A DNA stretch of 64,000 nt from the human T2T-CHM13v2.0 reference genome, Homo sapiens: NCBI RefSeq assembly GCF_009914755.1, contig NC_060927.1; one strand, given 5' to 3'. The notes below the pieces were generated by a model. It ran no database searches, was not told where the DNA came from, and worked only from the letters and a program-made list of their open reading frames with translations. Position numbers and translations under genes: made by a program. Positions 13,264 through 29,042 of this stretch are shown one piece after another. The first letter of the stretch is position 1; the number at the start of each line of letters is the position of its first letter.

Positions 13264-13715
13264 AAGTGAAAAGAAAGACAGGTTGCAAACTAAGAAAAAA
13301 GTATGTGTAGAAAGGCCCTGATAGAAAAAATTTAAAAGATCTGCAGAGAAACGAAAAGGAAAAATCATAGTTTATATAATAGTTTAGCTGTTAATAGTCA
13401 TAACAACATAAACACTACATATTGATCTAACCAAAATTACAATATGACAATTAGAAGAATGAGCAATAGAGAAGGATATTTGTTTGCGGTGCAGAGATAT
13501 CATTTTTCATCTTCCGTGATAGCAAAGCAATCGATAAAGCCTAAAACTGAAAGTTCAGGAAGTAGTAACGTAAGCATGAAATTTAAAACATGAAAATTAG
13601 TCTCAAAATAATCAGCTAAAATAAACAAAAGTAGTTGGCTGTGAGGAGTGGAGAATAGATGGACTTTTGGTTTTCTGTTCCTTTGTTTGTTTGTTTATTT
13701 GTTTGATAATAAAAT
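13261..13715 (+). mobile_element. HAL1/L1ME-type 3' fragment
   Basis: tattgatctaaccaaaattacaatatg...gataaagcctaaaactgaaa. Similar to the copy at 58.7-59.1 kb. Confidence 0.6.
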
Positions 13716-13747
13716 TTCCAGAAGCTCTTCAGAAAGCCAAAATTACA

Positions 13748-14071
13748 AGGGTGAGGATCTCATGATGGGATTAACACTTTTATGAAAAGAGACACCAAAG
13801 AGCACTCTCTCTCCTATTCCCCCTTCCTCTCTCCTATTCCCTCTTCCTCCCCACTCCCTCTTTCTCCCCCTTTCTCTCTCTCTGTCTGCCATGTGAGGAC
13901 ACAGGCAAGAGACAGCAATCTGTAAAACAGGAAAAGAGCTTCACCAGAACCTGACCATCCTGGCATCCTGATCTCAGACTTCAGGCTTTCAGAACTGTGA
14001 GAAAATAAATTGCTGTTTTGAAGCCACTCAGACTATGTTAGTTTTTACAGCAGCCCGAGGTGACTACGACA
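13748..14071 (+). mobile_element. MaLR LTR (MLT1A0-like), 5'-truncated
   Basis: ccatgtgaggacacaggcaaga...accagaacctgaccatcctggcatcctgatctcagacttc...aataaa...gactacgaca. Confidence 0.88.
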
Positions 14072-15039
14072 TCCATTTACTATGACAGTCTAAATTTTCT
14101 AGGACTCAACCACGGTATTTCAGATAACATCTTTACTATATCTATTACAAATCTGTAAATCCTGAAGTGAACTTGTTTTGAAACAATGGACCTGTTGTAG
14201 ATTTCCCAGTATCTCTCTAGGGGTGGTGTCTTACTCTGATAGATGAACTAACAGTGGCTATCTTTCTAAATTTACTCTGCTCATGGACACACCTCATTTT
14301 CCAGTTTATGGTGAGAAAGTAAATTGTTTATTAAAAACAATCAAAGTTAATTGCAAACATTTTTGCAAAAATCAATAGAATTTTTTTACATTGTTTTCAT
14401 GTATAGGAACAATATTATAATCCAGTTGTATATTGGCAATTTTCGTTGCTGTATTTTCAAATAATTTTATACTCAAAAATACTCAGAGATCCTGTTTTTA
14501 AGTAAACACATGGATATTTCAGTTTAATATACATATTTAATTTCAAGCAGTATGTCAGTAGGAACGTGTCATGACTGGTGCCTCAGCATTGATGAAAACA
14601 TATTTATCTTGGTATTATCAGTTGAACTGGTGAGGGAGCCTAGGGAGCTGATCTGAGTTAATGTTTATGAGCAAAAACATGTTAAAAGGAGAGGGAAGAA
14701 TTTCCAAAGGAAACTGGGGAAAAGGGATCTGTCCCCTGGACTGGCCCAGGGTATTTTGCTGGAGAGAGAAACAGGAAGCAGAGGTTGACAAAAGTTTCCT
14801 GAGGGTTATGGAAGTTGAGGGGAGCAAGTTGTACTGCTTTGATACCCAATGATAAAACATAATCTGCAGAGAGGGCATTTTCCCAATTCAGTGCTCCCTG
14901 TTCCCATTCACACCACAAGCCTCCTATTGCAAGCACCTGTGGCCCTCTGCCTGAGGCCCTTCTCTTGTTACAGGAACATGCTCTAAGTATTGGGGTGTCA
15001 GCACCACCAGGGGCCGCCTTCAACCAGTAAGAGATGAAA

Positions 15040-15300
15040 GTTGGTAGTAAATCTTCTCGCTTCCTTGAAACTCATTTGTGACAATTTGAGGTATGTTCTC
15101 TGGGGTCCCAGAGTCCCACATCAGGATAGAGCCCCAGCTACCCACAGTGGCAACCTGCCCTTTAGCACATTCTCTTGGCTTCCCTTATATCTGTCTCACT
15201 TCATACACTCCCCTTTCCTATCAATGCCTTCTAGGATCCCCTCTCAAAAAACTACTCAGTCTATGGGAAATAGTCAAATCCTAATCTATGGGACTTAAAC
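15040..15300 (+). mobile_element. Old ERVL LTR fragment (LTR16-like)
   Basis: ggatcccctctcaaaaaactact and the preceding pyrimidine-rich region resemble the LTR16 3' half. Confidence 0.4.
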
Positions 15301-15558
15301 CTACCAGCTGTAATTCATGCTACACTCAACCTCCAGAGAAACCCTTTTGAAAGAAAAAATTGCACACATGATCTGTCCGGAACCTACCTGCTTCCCCTCA
15401 CACTACCATCAGTCATTACTCTCCAGTCACATTGGTTTTTCTGTTTCTCAGACAGCATCAAGTCTTCTTTGGAGTAAATTGTAAGAAATATCCCTGAAAA
15501 GTTCACTATTGTGTGTAATGTAAAAGTGTGACTAAGTGGTAAAATGTCGGAGGTCAAT

Positions 15559-15921
15559 TGCTACGGTTTGAGTGTGTCCCCAAAGAGCATACACTGGAAA
15601 CTTCATTCCCAATGCAACAGGATTGTGAAGTGGAGCCTAATAAGAAGTGATTAAACCATGAGGGATATGTCCTCATGAATGGATTAAAGCTGTTGTCATG
15701 GCAGTGGGCTTGTTATTATAAAAGGACAAGTTTGACCCCCTTTTCTCTCTTTCTCTTCTGCCTTTTGTCACGGGATGACACAGCCAGAAGGTCCTCAACA
15801 GACACTGGCCCTTTAATCTTGAACTTCCCAGACTCACAAGCCATAAGAAATAAATTTCTGTTCATTATAAATTACTCAGTCAGTGTTGTTCTGTTACAGC
15901 AGCACAAAATGAACTAAGGCA
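15559..15921 (+). mobile_element. MaLR solo LTR (MSTD-like)
   Basis: TG...CA ends (tgctacggtttgagtgtgtcccc...gaactaaggca), AATAAA, 5-bp TSD tcaat/tcaaa. Confidence 0.9.
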
Positions 15922-16330
15922 TCAAAAAAACAGCTTTCTACTGATGGAGCTGATGAGAGGAGGAGCTTGACCCTGTGGCAAAATGGGCTCTCTGTGGCTT
16001 CATCTTTAATTGAAACATTTACCAGCTGAGTCACAGCCAAAGATGGGCAACAGCAGTCTATTCCCCAATCCCCAGAGGCTGAGCTGAACCCTGAAATTTT
16101 CTCTAAAGACACAGAGAATTCAGACTCCCAGCAGGCAGGTTGGCTCCAGAAATTATAACAATAGAAGGGGCTGAGCTATACACATTCCTTCTCCCAAATT
16201 ATTCAGTCAGGTGACTCACTCCTCTACACTTAGAAGCAGCGGAAGGAGTGGGAAATAACCTTCTAGTGTAGCACTTTGGCTTTCTCTCCTGAAGAAGGGA
16301 ATGAATAGTCCTTTATCTCTGGAAAACATG

Positions 16331-16694
<364 letters not shown>

Positions 16695-16834
16695 CTAAAA
16701 TGTAGGATGCTGTTTACTATGTACACATGATGTCTTTACTGAGACTCAATAGGAAAAATCTCAGATTTCATGCTAAAAATAACTATTATATTTACCAGCT
16801 AATTTGTTCTTATGGCTTTTCTCAGACTGTTAGG

Positions 16835-17208
16835 TGTTGTAGTCTGAATGTGTTCCCCAAAATTCATGTATTAAAATTTAATCACCAATGTGATAGTATT
16901 GAGAACTGGGACAATTAGGAGGTGACTAAGTCATGAGAGCAGAAAAAGAGGCTGAAGGGAGTGTCTTAGTCCATTTTCCCCTTTTGCCTTCCTGTCCTTT
17001 CTGCCATGTGAGGACACAGCATTTGTTCTCTCCAGAGGGCACAGCCACAAGGCACCATCAGAAACAGACAGCATCCCTCACCGGGCACTGAATCTTCTGG
17101 CACTTTGATCTTGGACTTCCCAACCTCCAGACCTGTGAGAAATACATTTCTATTATTTATAAATTACCTAGTCTAAGATAATTTGTTATAGTATCAGGAA
17201 CTAAGACA
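16835..17208 (+). mobile_element. MaLR solo LTR (MLT1A-family)
   Basis: tgttgtagtctgaatgtgttcccc...ccatgtgaggacacagc...ttgatcttggacttccc...aactaagaca. Confidence 0.9.
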
Positions 17209-17230
17209 AGATTTGTTGTCTCCTCCCATC

Positions 17231-17581
17231 AAGCTTTATTAAGGTATAATTGGCAAGAAAAATTGTATATATTTAGGATGCACAACATGATGTTTTGATA
17301 TGCCTATACACTGTGAAATGCCTACCACAATCAAGCTAATTAGCATATCCATCACCTCCCATAATTACCATTTTTTTGGTGATGAGAATATTTAAGATCG
17401 ACTCTGTTAGCAAATTTCAAGTATACAAGATTATTGACTATAATAACCAAGCTGTACATTAGATCTGCAGAATTTATTCTTGCATAACTGAAACTTTGTA
17501 CCTTTTGACTAATGTCTTCCCATTTTTCCCACTCCTCGACCCCAGGAACTCACCATTCTTTCCTCTGCTTTTATGAGATTT
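17231..17581 (-). mobile_element. L1MA (L1MA8/9-like) 3' end
   Basis: agctttattaaggtataattg...cacaatcaagctaattagcatatccatcacctc. Confidence 0.88.
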
Positions 17582-17845
17582 ACATAGAATTTTTTGTAGT
17601 ATTTTTTTCCCCAAATTAGCTACTAAAAATGCAGAACCAAATCTGTGGTTCACTTCTACTAAAGCAGATAGGAAAATAGGGTAGGTATGTTGAGTAGTAA
17701 CTGTAGTACCGGATCTTATTTTTCCTACTTTAATTTCTACTTCTGATACATACAGTTTTAACTGATTTCATTCTGATAGAAGTGTAAATGTTTTTGTGTG
17801 TACCTCATATTCTTTTCTGAAAAGCCTGGTTATAAGAAGTATTTT

Positions 17846-18151
17846 CTTTTCTTTATTATTATTTTTTTTTGAGACGGGGTCTCGCTCTGTCACCCAGGCT
17901 GGAGTGCAGTGGTAGGATCTCGGATCACTGCAAGCTCCGCCTCCAGGGTTCACGCCATTCTCCCACCTCAGCCTCCTGAGTAGCTGGGGCTACAGGCGCC
18001 CGCCACCACACCTAGCTAATTTTTTGTATTTTTAGTAGAGACGGGATTTCACTGTGTTAGCCAGGATGGTCTCGATCTCCTGACCTCGTGATCCACCAGC
18101 CTCGGCCTCCCAAAGTGCTGGGATTACAGGCATGAGCCACCGCAGCCAGCC
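17846..18151 (-). mobile_element. AluY
   Basis: Full dimer with Y diagnostics (actgcaagctccgcc, ttcacgccattctc). TSD ataagaagtatttt (17832-17845 / 18152-18165). Confidence 0.97.
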
Positions 18152-18189
18152 ATAAGAAGTATTTTTTAAATTAATACTATAATAATCAT

Positions 18190-18780
18190 TTTAGCAGGTT
18201 CATAACATCCATTCATTTTACTAGGTTTCTAAACCATTTCTGTATTATCTATTTCTTAGGCTGTTTCCCATGTGTCACTGATATATGTAAAACTGCAGTC
18301 TTCTTTATGTAGACAGCTTTTTTTTTCTTTAGCATTATGTCTCTAAGAATAATTCCTATGTGTTGGATAACTGGAGCCAATGAATACAAGCAGTTTTCTG
18401 GCTTGTATATATTTTTCCACATTGCTGTCATAAAAGTTGTAACAAATTATTACTACCAGCTATGGATTGTTACCATTTTCAACAAAACTTTTCCAGCCTT
18501 AGTTATAAATGTTAAAAATGTTTGCTAGTTTAATAAGTACAAAATGACTATTTTTTTTTGGCTAACATATTGTTACTCCAAAATGTTGCTGATTAATTGT
18601 ATTTCCCATTATATAAAATGAATGTTAACACATTGACTTATATATTTGCTAAAAAAAATTTGGGTTTTTAATAAAATTTTTTAATTTTTTTCTCCTAATA
18701 TCCCTTATATGTCAAAATGTATTAAAAGTTCATTCTTTAGAATTGAAACTTAATCAGTTATATTTTGGCAGGTTTCCAAT
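18190..18780 (-). mobile_element. Old L1 (L1ME-like) fragment
   Basis: Degenerate antisense L1 3' motifs (ttaggctgtttccc; aataattcctatgtgttggataactgg; aaagttgtaacaaatt). Confidence 0.5.
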
Positions 18781-18814
18781 TACACACACATATATATGTA
18801 TATTTATTCCAATT

Positions 18815-18840
18815 ACACACACACACACACACACACACAC
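18815..18840 (+). repeat. (CA)n microsatellite
   Basis: Direct reading. Confidence 0.95.
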
Positions 18841-18867
18841 TTTTAACTCAATCTTCTTAAAGTTTGT

Positions 18868-19170
18868 TTTCTTAGAGAGTCTCACTCTGTCACCCCAGCT
18901 AGAGTGTAGTGGTGCCATGATAGCTCACTACTCACTGTAAGTTCAAACTTCTGAGCTAAAGTGACCCTCCTGCTTCAGTCTCCCCAGTAACTGGGACTAC
19001 AGGTAAGTGCCACCATGCTCAGCTAATTTTTTTTTTTTTTTTTTTTTTTTTTGGTAGAGACAGGGTCTTGCTTGTTGCCCAGGCTGGATTCCGACTCCTA
19101 GCCTCAAGCAATCCTTTGCCTTGGCCTCCCAAAGTTCTGGGTTTACAAGCATGATCCACCCTGCCTGGCC
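18868..19170 (-). mobile_element. AluJ with expanded middle poly(A)
   Basis: J-type gatagctcact...caaact and tagcctcaagcaatcc. TSD taaagttt on both sides. Confidence 0.93.
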
Positions 19171-20185
19171 TAAAGTTTATCTTGATGTGTGGTGTAAAGT
19201 TTAGCGGGATTATCTTTCCTATTTTGACTAATTAGAGATGTTTGATAGAAAAAAAACAGAATTTTTCTATGTTTATTTTTTCTTTGTTTTATTTTTATTT
19301 TCCATTATGGCCTAGGCTGTTGAATATTTACTAAATACTACGCAGACATTTCAAATTATATGTAAAGCATTAAAAGATGGTAAGGTGTCAAAGGAAAAAT
19401 GATTAAAGATGCGCACTATTCTTGCAAGAGATCAGTTGAAAATATTTTACTGAATGTTGTACTTATATTTTCCATGCATTAGTAGTATGAGCCACATTCT
19501 ATCAACTTCACATTTACTCATTTGGAGTAATGACACTGGTTTCTGCTGTCAGGAAGTTTATAGTGTAGAATATTCACTTAAATCGGTGAATCACATGTTA
19601 TAATGTCTATGCCTGCACTACTGGACAGACAGAGGAAACTCATACTCAGCTGCTTTGTGTTTTTCTAGGGTGAAAATAAAAAACAAGATAAAATAAAAGG
19701 CAAGGAAATAAAAGGCATTTTTTCCAGATCTATTTTAATTGTTTTCAGCTCCAGTGGAAAAAAAAATTCTTTGATATCAACTATAACATAAGACATGACT
19801 TCTTATTTTAGGAATTCTGTTGGTAGTGGAACCAAATATTATAGAATGATAATATAATGTCAGTGTCAATTGGAGAACTGAGAAGGAACAAGGCAGGAGG
19901 GGATCAAGTAAAAGGTGTGAATCTCCTGAAAGACTTTTGTAAAGGAAACTAGCTCAACAGTTGCCACATCAAACCATTAGTGTTTGGGACTGGGAATTTA
20001 TCCACTTACAAAATGGAGTTTATGTTTACACAAATGAGAGAATACCTTTCCCTATGACCTATCAACATTTTTAACTTCATAATTAGGCTTTTGGTTAACA
20101 GTTTTGAATAATAATTTATAACCAAGAGTAGTTAATGTGGTCGTGCCACCAAGTCTCATTCATTTGCTCAAAATTAATAATTTTT

Positions 20186-20298
20186 TTAATTGTGGTAATC
20201 ATCTCACAATGTTTTTGTATATCAAATCATCACTTTGTATGCCTTAAATATATACATTTTTTATTTGTTAATTATACCTCAGTAAAGCTGAAAAAAAC
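20186..20298 (+). mobile_element. L1MA/L1MB extreme 3' end
   Basis: attgtggtaatcatctcacaatg...ttatacctcagtaaagctgaaaaaaa. Confidence 0.8.
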
Positions 20299-21023
20299 AT
20301 TTTTTGCTAGGTAATTTTGGAAATACAAACTTCATCTATTTTATGGATGCATTTCTAAAAAGAGACAGAAGCCATTAGTGAGTTGGTAAATTTACATTTG
20401 TTTGAAGGTCTTTATTAATAGGAAACATCACTGGCTTACTAAATCAAATACAGGATTCAGTATTGTCCATTAATATTCCTTTAGGATTTACAATTTGCTT
20501 GGAAGAGTAGAGCAGAACCACAGAAAAAATGATATGAATTAAACTTTAAGGTCATGTATAGCTCTAACTTTCTACAAAATTTCAATATGTACAATTCATT
20601 TAGAATGAAGCAGCTTATTTGCTCCATTTGGGACATGTAACTATAAAATTAATAGCTATATTATTCTTTTTCATTGTGAAGATATCAGGAGAATAATTTA
20701 TCTGGCTTCTCTCACTCATAAGGGAGCATCACAAAGTTCCTTATTATAAAATAATTATTAAGTACCTAAAACTGTACTTAGAATTAGCGTCAAAGAGTTC
20801 AAGCAATCTAAAAAGTTTTGTAACACTCCTGATTTTCCTCCCATTATAATTGTTATTTACTTAAAATATGTATGAGGAAAGCTGAGAAAGATAGGATAAT
20901 TTTCATATTTAAGATAACTAAAATTGAAAAATAATAACCTAAAACATATGCTGATACTTGGAACTACTAGTTGGCTCCTGAATTTAATAATACTTTGAAG
21001 AGACGTTGATCAAACCCCTAACT

Positions 21024-21282
21024 AAGTTTCAGTTTGGAGAAATAAGTTTTTGAGATCTACTGCACAGCATGGTGACTATAGTTAATAATAAGGTATTATA
21101 TATTTCAAAATTGAGATGAGAATAAATTTCAAATATTTTCATTATAGGAAATGAACATGTGAAGTGATCAATATGTTAATTCACTTGATTTAATTATTTT
21201 GCAATGTATATATATATCAAAATGTCATATTGTACCCTATAGATATATAATATACAATTTTTATTTGTAAATTACAAAAAAT
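21024..21282 (+). mobile_element. L1MA (L1MA5-7-like) 3' end
   Basis: gagatctactgcacagcatggtgactatagttaataataa...tatacaatttttatttgt. Confidence 0.85.
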
Positions 21283-22409
21283 TTTAATGCCCAAATTAGA
21301 GAAAAGATTTTTAAGATAATTATAGTAAACAAAATTTAAGAAGCTTTTTAAAGACACCATGCTAATAGTTATAGGTGAAAATGAGGTTGCCAAGTTGACC
21401 AAACATTAACAGGAGGGCATATACTTGTAGCTTAATGATTTGTTCCAACTCTTGTCTAGCCCCGCCTATTAACACACCTTTCCATCATTGAGTGAAACAA
21501 AACTAAATGAAAACATATGAAACAAATCTATGCTCAGGACAGTGAACTATAGGAAAACCTTCTGGGCAGTAGATTCATAAGTTTCAATGACTAGACAGCA
21601 GAATAACAACTATTTTAAAAATGTTTTCCTAGATTCTTACCCAAAGCAAAGCAAATATCTGAGCACTATAAATACAATTCTACACTGACTATAAACCTTT
21701 TCCTTTACTTTAAGGATATGCAAAATATTTTAGAATCATAAATAGATACCATACTATGAAGCACAAGAGGATTTTCAAAACTTATTCATTGATATGCATT
21801 GGTTTTCAGTAAGTATATTATGTAAATATTATTTCAGAATATTTTGAAGAAACTCAGGCCTAAAACATAACTATACTGGTTTTACCAAGGACTTCCATAC
21901 ACTTAGGCCTCTCAGTCAAACAATCACTACTCGTTAAATCAATTTGGTGCAGCTGTTTTTTATTAAGTTCAATTTTTGCTATCACAAAATATTTCATCAG
22001 TATGGCTAGAGTAATGGTGAGAATTTAATGACATACTAACCCCAGGGATTTTGCAATATCAAAACAAGCCTCCAAAAGTCTTATTTGCATGAAGAATCTC
22101 TAATATTTTGGGTTAAATGGTAAAAAGCAACTTGAAACCAGAAGTTAGATGTTAGGTACCTAGGTACCTCAGGATTAACATTCTTAAATAAATGTCTTAG
22201 GCTCTGACGAGGAGGAATGGGATGGGATATTGTACACACCTAATAGGTAAGAAATAGTCTTAGGGTAGGAGAGAATCAAAATCTACTGGATGAAATCTTA
22301 GAGTATCAATAGAGACATGTTTAGTATTTCCCCATGATACTATCCTTGGACATGTTCCAATTGCTTCAAGAGAGTTGGCTATAAGAAATTTTAAAAAGGT
22401 AAATATTAT

Positions 22410-22603
22410 TTTAGGAATAGCTATACAGCTGCATCAGAGACTCAACAATAATTCAGTAATTTAGATTCAACAGTAAGAAAACAAAAATATATCCCTCTTT
22501 CAATTAACGGTCTAAGGTGAGCATCCCAGACAATGAATGGCTCTACTCCAAATGATCATTCAGGAACACAGCTTTCTTCTGTTTCTCTGAGAAGTCTCTA
22601 GGG
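22410..22603 (-). mobile_element. MLT1J-like LTR, 3' part (continues at 36619)
   Basis: ctccaaatgatcattcaggaacacagctttcttct resembles antisense MLT1J/K. Abuts the left end of Charlie1a. Confidence 0.55.
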
Positions 22604-25600
22604 CAATGGTTTTTAAAGTGTGGTTCATAGAGCCTTTGAGTATTACAAGACTTTACAGGGAGATTGTGAGGTCAGAACTATTTCCATAATAATATTTATA
22701 TTAATATTAACTCATATTAATACTAGCAACAAATACTCATATTAGTAATACTCCTCATAGTAATGTTACTAAAAATAACACATTCTTTGCCTTTTCCCCA
22801 GTGATGACATTAACTCTGATAATGTAATAAAAGGCAGTAGCAACAAACCGCAGTAGGAATCGTTGGAATCTTTGCCACCACACACTGACAGTTTTGTAAA
22901 AAAAAAGCCACATTTTTATCAGAATTTCTTTGATGAAGCATTGAATATTACGAATTTTATTAAAAATTTTACCTTTGAATATCTGTGTTTTTAATATTCT
23001 AGTTGACAAAGTTGGAAATACAGATCCTTTCTCAAGGGAGGAGCAAGATGGGCAAATAATATCCTACACTGTTTGTTTCCCCCACAAGAAGACCAAATTT
23101 TTACAACTAACTCCACAGAAAAAGTACTATCACAAGAATAAGATATCAGATGAGCAATTGGAGTATCTGGCTTTAATTTCATATCACTAAAAAAGGCACT
23201 GAAATACGGTAGGAGAGACAGTCTTGAATTACCAATGCCACACCTCCCCCATCTCCCAGCAGCAGCCATGTGGCATGGAAAATCTGTACTCTTGGGAGAA
23301 GGAAAGCACAGTGATTTAGGGACTTTATATTGAACTCAGTGCTGCCCTGTCACAGCAGAAAGCAGAACCAGGCCATATCCAACTGATGCTTGCTCATGGA
23401 GGTAGCATTTGGACCAGCGCTAGGCAGAAGGGAATTGCCCATCCCAGTGGTTAGAGCTTCAGTTCTGGCAAGCATCACCACTGCAGGTTAATGTGGTTTG
23501 GAGCCCTAAATGAACTTTAGGGGTAGCCTAGGCCACAAGGACTGCAGTTCCTAGGCAAGTCCTAGGACTGAGCTTGGCTCAGAGACAGTGGCCTGTGTAG
23601 AGGGGGGCACATGGCCTACTGAGACATCAGACAGAGCAGATAATAGAGTGCTTGTGCCACCCCTCCCTCATCCCCCAGCAGCAGCCACAAGGCATGGAGA
23701 AATCTGTGCACTTGAGAGAAGAAGAGGGCAGCAATTGTGAGACATCATATTAAACGCAGTGCTGCTCTGTTACAGGGGAGAGCAAAGCTGTATTGGGTTC
23801 AGCTGGCATCTGTGCACAGAGGGAGCATTTGGACCAGACCTAACCAGAAGGGAATCACCCATCCCAGCAGTCATAACTTGAATTTCTTGGCAAGCCTTGC
23901 TACGGTGAGCTAAAGTGCTCCAGAGTCCTAGGTAAACTCGAAAGGCAGTCTAGGACACAAGGACTGAAACTCCTAGGCAACTCCTGGTGCTGGGCTGGGC
24001 TTAGAGACAGGGGACTAGGGTGGCACATGACCTAGGGAGACACCAGATAGGGTAGCTAAGGGAGTGCTTCTGTCACCCCTTCCCCAGCCCTAGGCAGCCC
24101 AGTTTACAGCAACAAAAGGGACTGCTTCCTTCTGCTTCAGGAGAGGAGAGTGAAGAGTAAACAGGACTTTGTCATATATCTTGGATACCAGCTCAGGCTT
24201 AGTAGGATAGGGCACCAGGCAGAGTCTTGAACATCCATTCCAGGACCTAGCTCATGAAAGACATTTCTAGACATCCCCTGGACCAAAAGAGACCCCACTG
24301 CCTTGAAGGGAAGGACCCAGTCCTGGCAGGATTCATCACATGCTGACTAAAGAGCCCTTGGGCCCTGAATAACAACCAGTGATACCCAGGTAGTATGCCA
24401 TAGGCCTTGGGCTCAGAGCTGTGGTGTCTATGGTGAAAACCTCCTTCTATTTGAGAAAAGCAGGGGGGAAAGTAAAGGGAAATTTGTCTTGTAACTTAGG
24501 TACAAGCTTGGCCACAGTGGGGTAAAGCACCAAGCAGACCCTTGGAGTCCCCAAGTCTAGGCCTGGACTGTTGGTCAGCACTCCTGGACCTTCCCTGGGC
24601 CAAAGGGGAGCCTACTGCCCAGAAGGATGAGTCCCAGTTCTAACAGCATTCACCACAGGCTGATTGACAAGCCCTTGGACTTTTAATCAGATGTGGTCTG
24701 GCAGAAACGCCCCATGGGCCAGTGGTGGTGGTGGACACAGGGAGAGGCTTTTCTGCCTGCAGTAAAGGGAGAGAAGAATAGGAATAATGTTGTGTTGTTG
24801 TTTGAGTGCCAGCTTACCCACAGTAGACTATAACATTGGTACATTTCTAAGGTTTTCTACTCCAGTCCCTAGCTCCCAACAGCATCTCTGGACCCAGTCA
24901 GGGATGGGGAGAACTCACCACCCTGAAGGGAAAGACACATACCTGGCTGGCTTTGCCAGTTGCTAATGGTAGAGACCTAAAGCCTTGAGTGAACATGGGT
25001 AGTAGTTAGATAGTTGTTACAGCAAGCCTTGGGTGAGACCCAGTGCAGTGCTGGCTTCAGGTATAAATCAGCACAGTCCCAGTGGTGGCGGTCACCAGGG
25101 TGCTTGTGGCCCCCACCCCCAGTCCCAGGTGACTTAGCACAGAGAGAGAAACTTCATTTGTTTGGAGAAAGTAATGGAAAAGAACAAGAGTGTCTGCCTG
25201 GGAATCCAGAGAATTCTTCTAGAACTTATCCAAGACCACCAATGCATTTCTGTTATGAGTCTGCAAGAACCACAGCATTATTGGGTTTTGGGCCCAAGTT
25301 CCTCCAAGTACCTGGAAAACCTTCCTAAGAATGACAGGCACAAAAAAGCCCAGACTGCAAAAACTACAAGAAATGCCTAACTCTTCACTGCTCAGACACC
25401 AAAGAACATCTACAATCATCCAGGAAAATATGACCTCGGTAAACAAACTAAATAAACTACCAGGGACCAATACTGGAGAAACAGAGATATGTGACCTTTC
25501 AGACAAGAATTCAAAATGGCTGTGTTGAGGAAACACAAATAAATTCAAGGTAACACAAAGAAGGAATTTAGAATTCTATCAGATAAACATAACAAAGGGA

Positions 25601-26591
25601 CTGAAATTATTAAAAAGAAGCAAGCAAAAATTATCAACTTGAAAAATGCAATTGACATACTGAAGAATACATCAGAGTTGCTTGCTAGGATAACTGATCA
25701 AGCAGAAGAAAGAATCAGTGAACTTGCAGACAAGCTATTTGAAAATACACAATCAAAGGAGACAAAAGAAAAAGGAATTAAAAAGAATGAAGTATGCCTG
25801 TAAGATCTAGAAAATAGCCTCAAAAGGGCAAATCTAAGAGTTCGTGGCCTTAAAGAGGAATTAGAGAGAGAGATTGGGGTAGAAAGTTTATACGAAGGTA
25901 TAATATCAGAGAACTTCCCAAATCTAGAGAAAGATATCAATATCTAAGTACAAAAAGGTTATAGAATATCAAGCAGGTATAACCCAAAGAAGACTATTTC
26001 AAGTCATTCAAACTGCCAGTGATCAAAGATAAAGAGAGGATCCTAAAAGCACCAAGAGAAAAGGAACATAACATATAATAGAGCTCCAAAATATTTGGCT
26101 GCAGACTTTACAGTGGAAACTTTGCAGGCCAGGAGAGAATTAGCATGACATATTTAAAGTGCTGAAGGAAAAAAATCTTTTACCCTACAATAGTATAGCC
26201 AGTGAAAATATCTTTCAAACATGAAGGAGAAATAAAGACATTACCAGGCAAACAAAAACTGAGGGATTTTATCAACTCTAGATCTGTTCTATAAGAAATC
26301 TTAAAGGAAGTTTCTAATATGAAAGAAAAGGACATTAATGAGCGAGAAGAAATCATTTGAAGCTATAAAACTCATTGGCAATAGCACACAGAAAAACACA
26401 GACTATTATAGCACTGTAAGTGTGGTGTGTAAACTACTCTTAAGTAGAAAGACCAAATAATGAACCAATCAAAAATAATAACTACAAGTTTTCAAGACAT
26501 ACACAGTACAATAAGACATAAATAGAAAACAAAAAGTTAAAAAGGGGTAGGATAAAGTTAAAGTGTAGAGTTTTCATCAGTTTTCTTTCTT

Positions 26592-29042
<2,451 letters not shown>

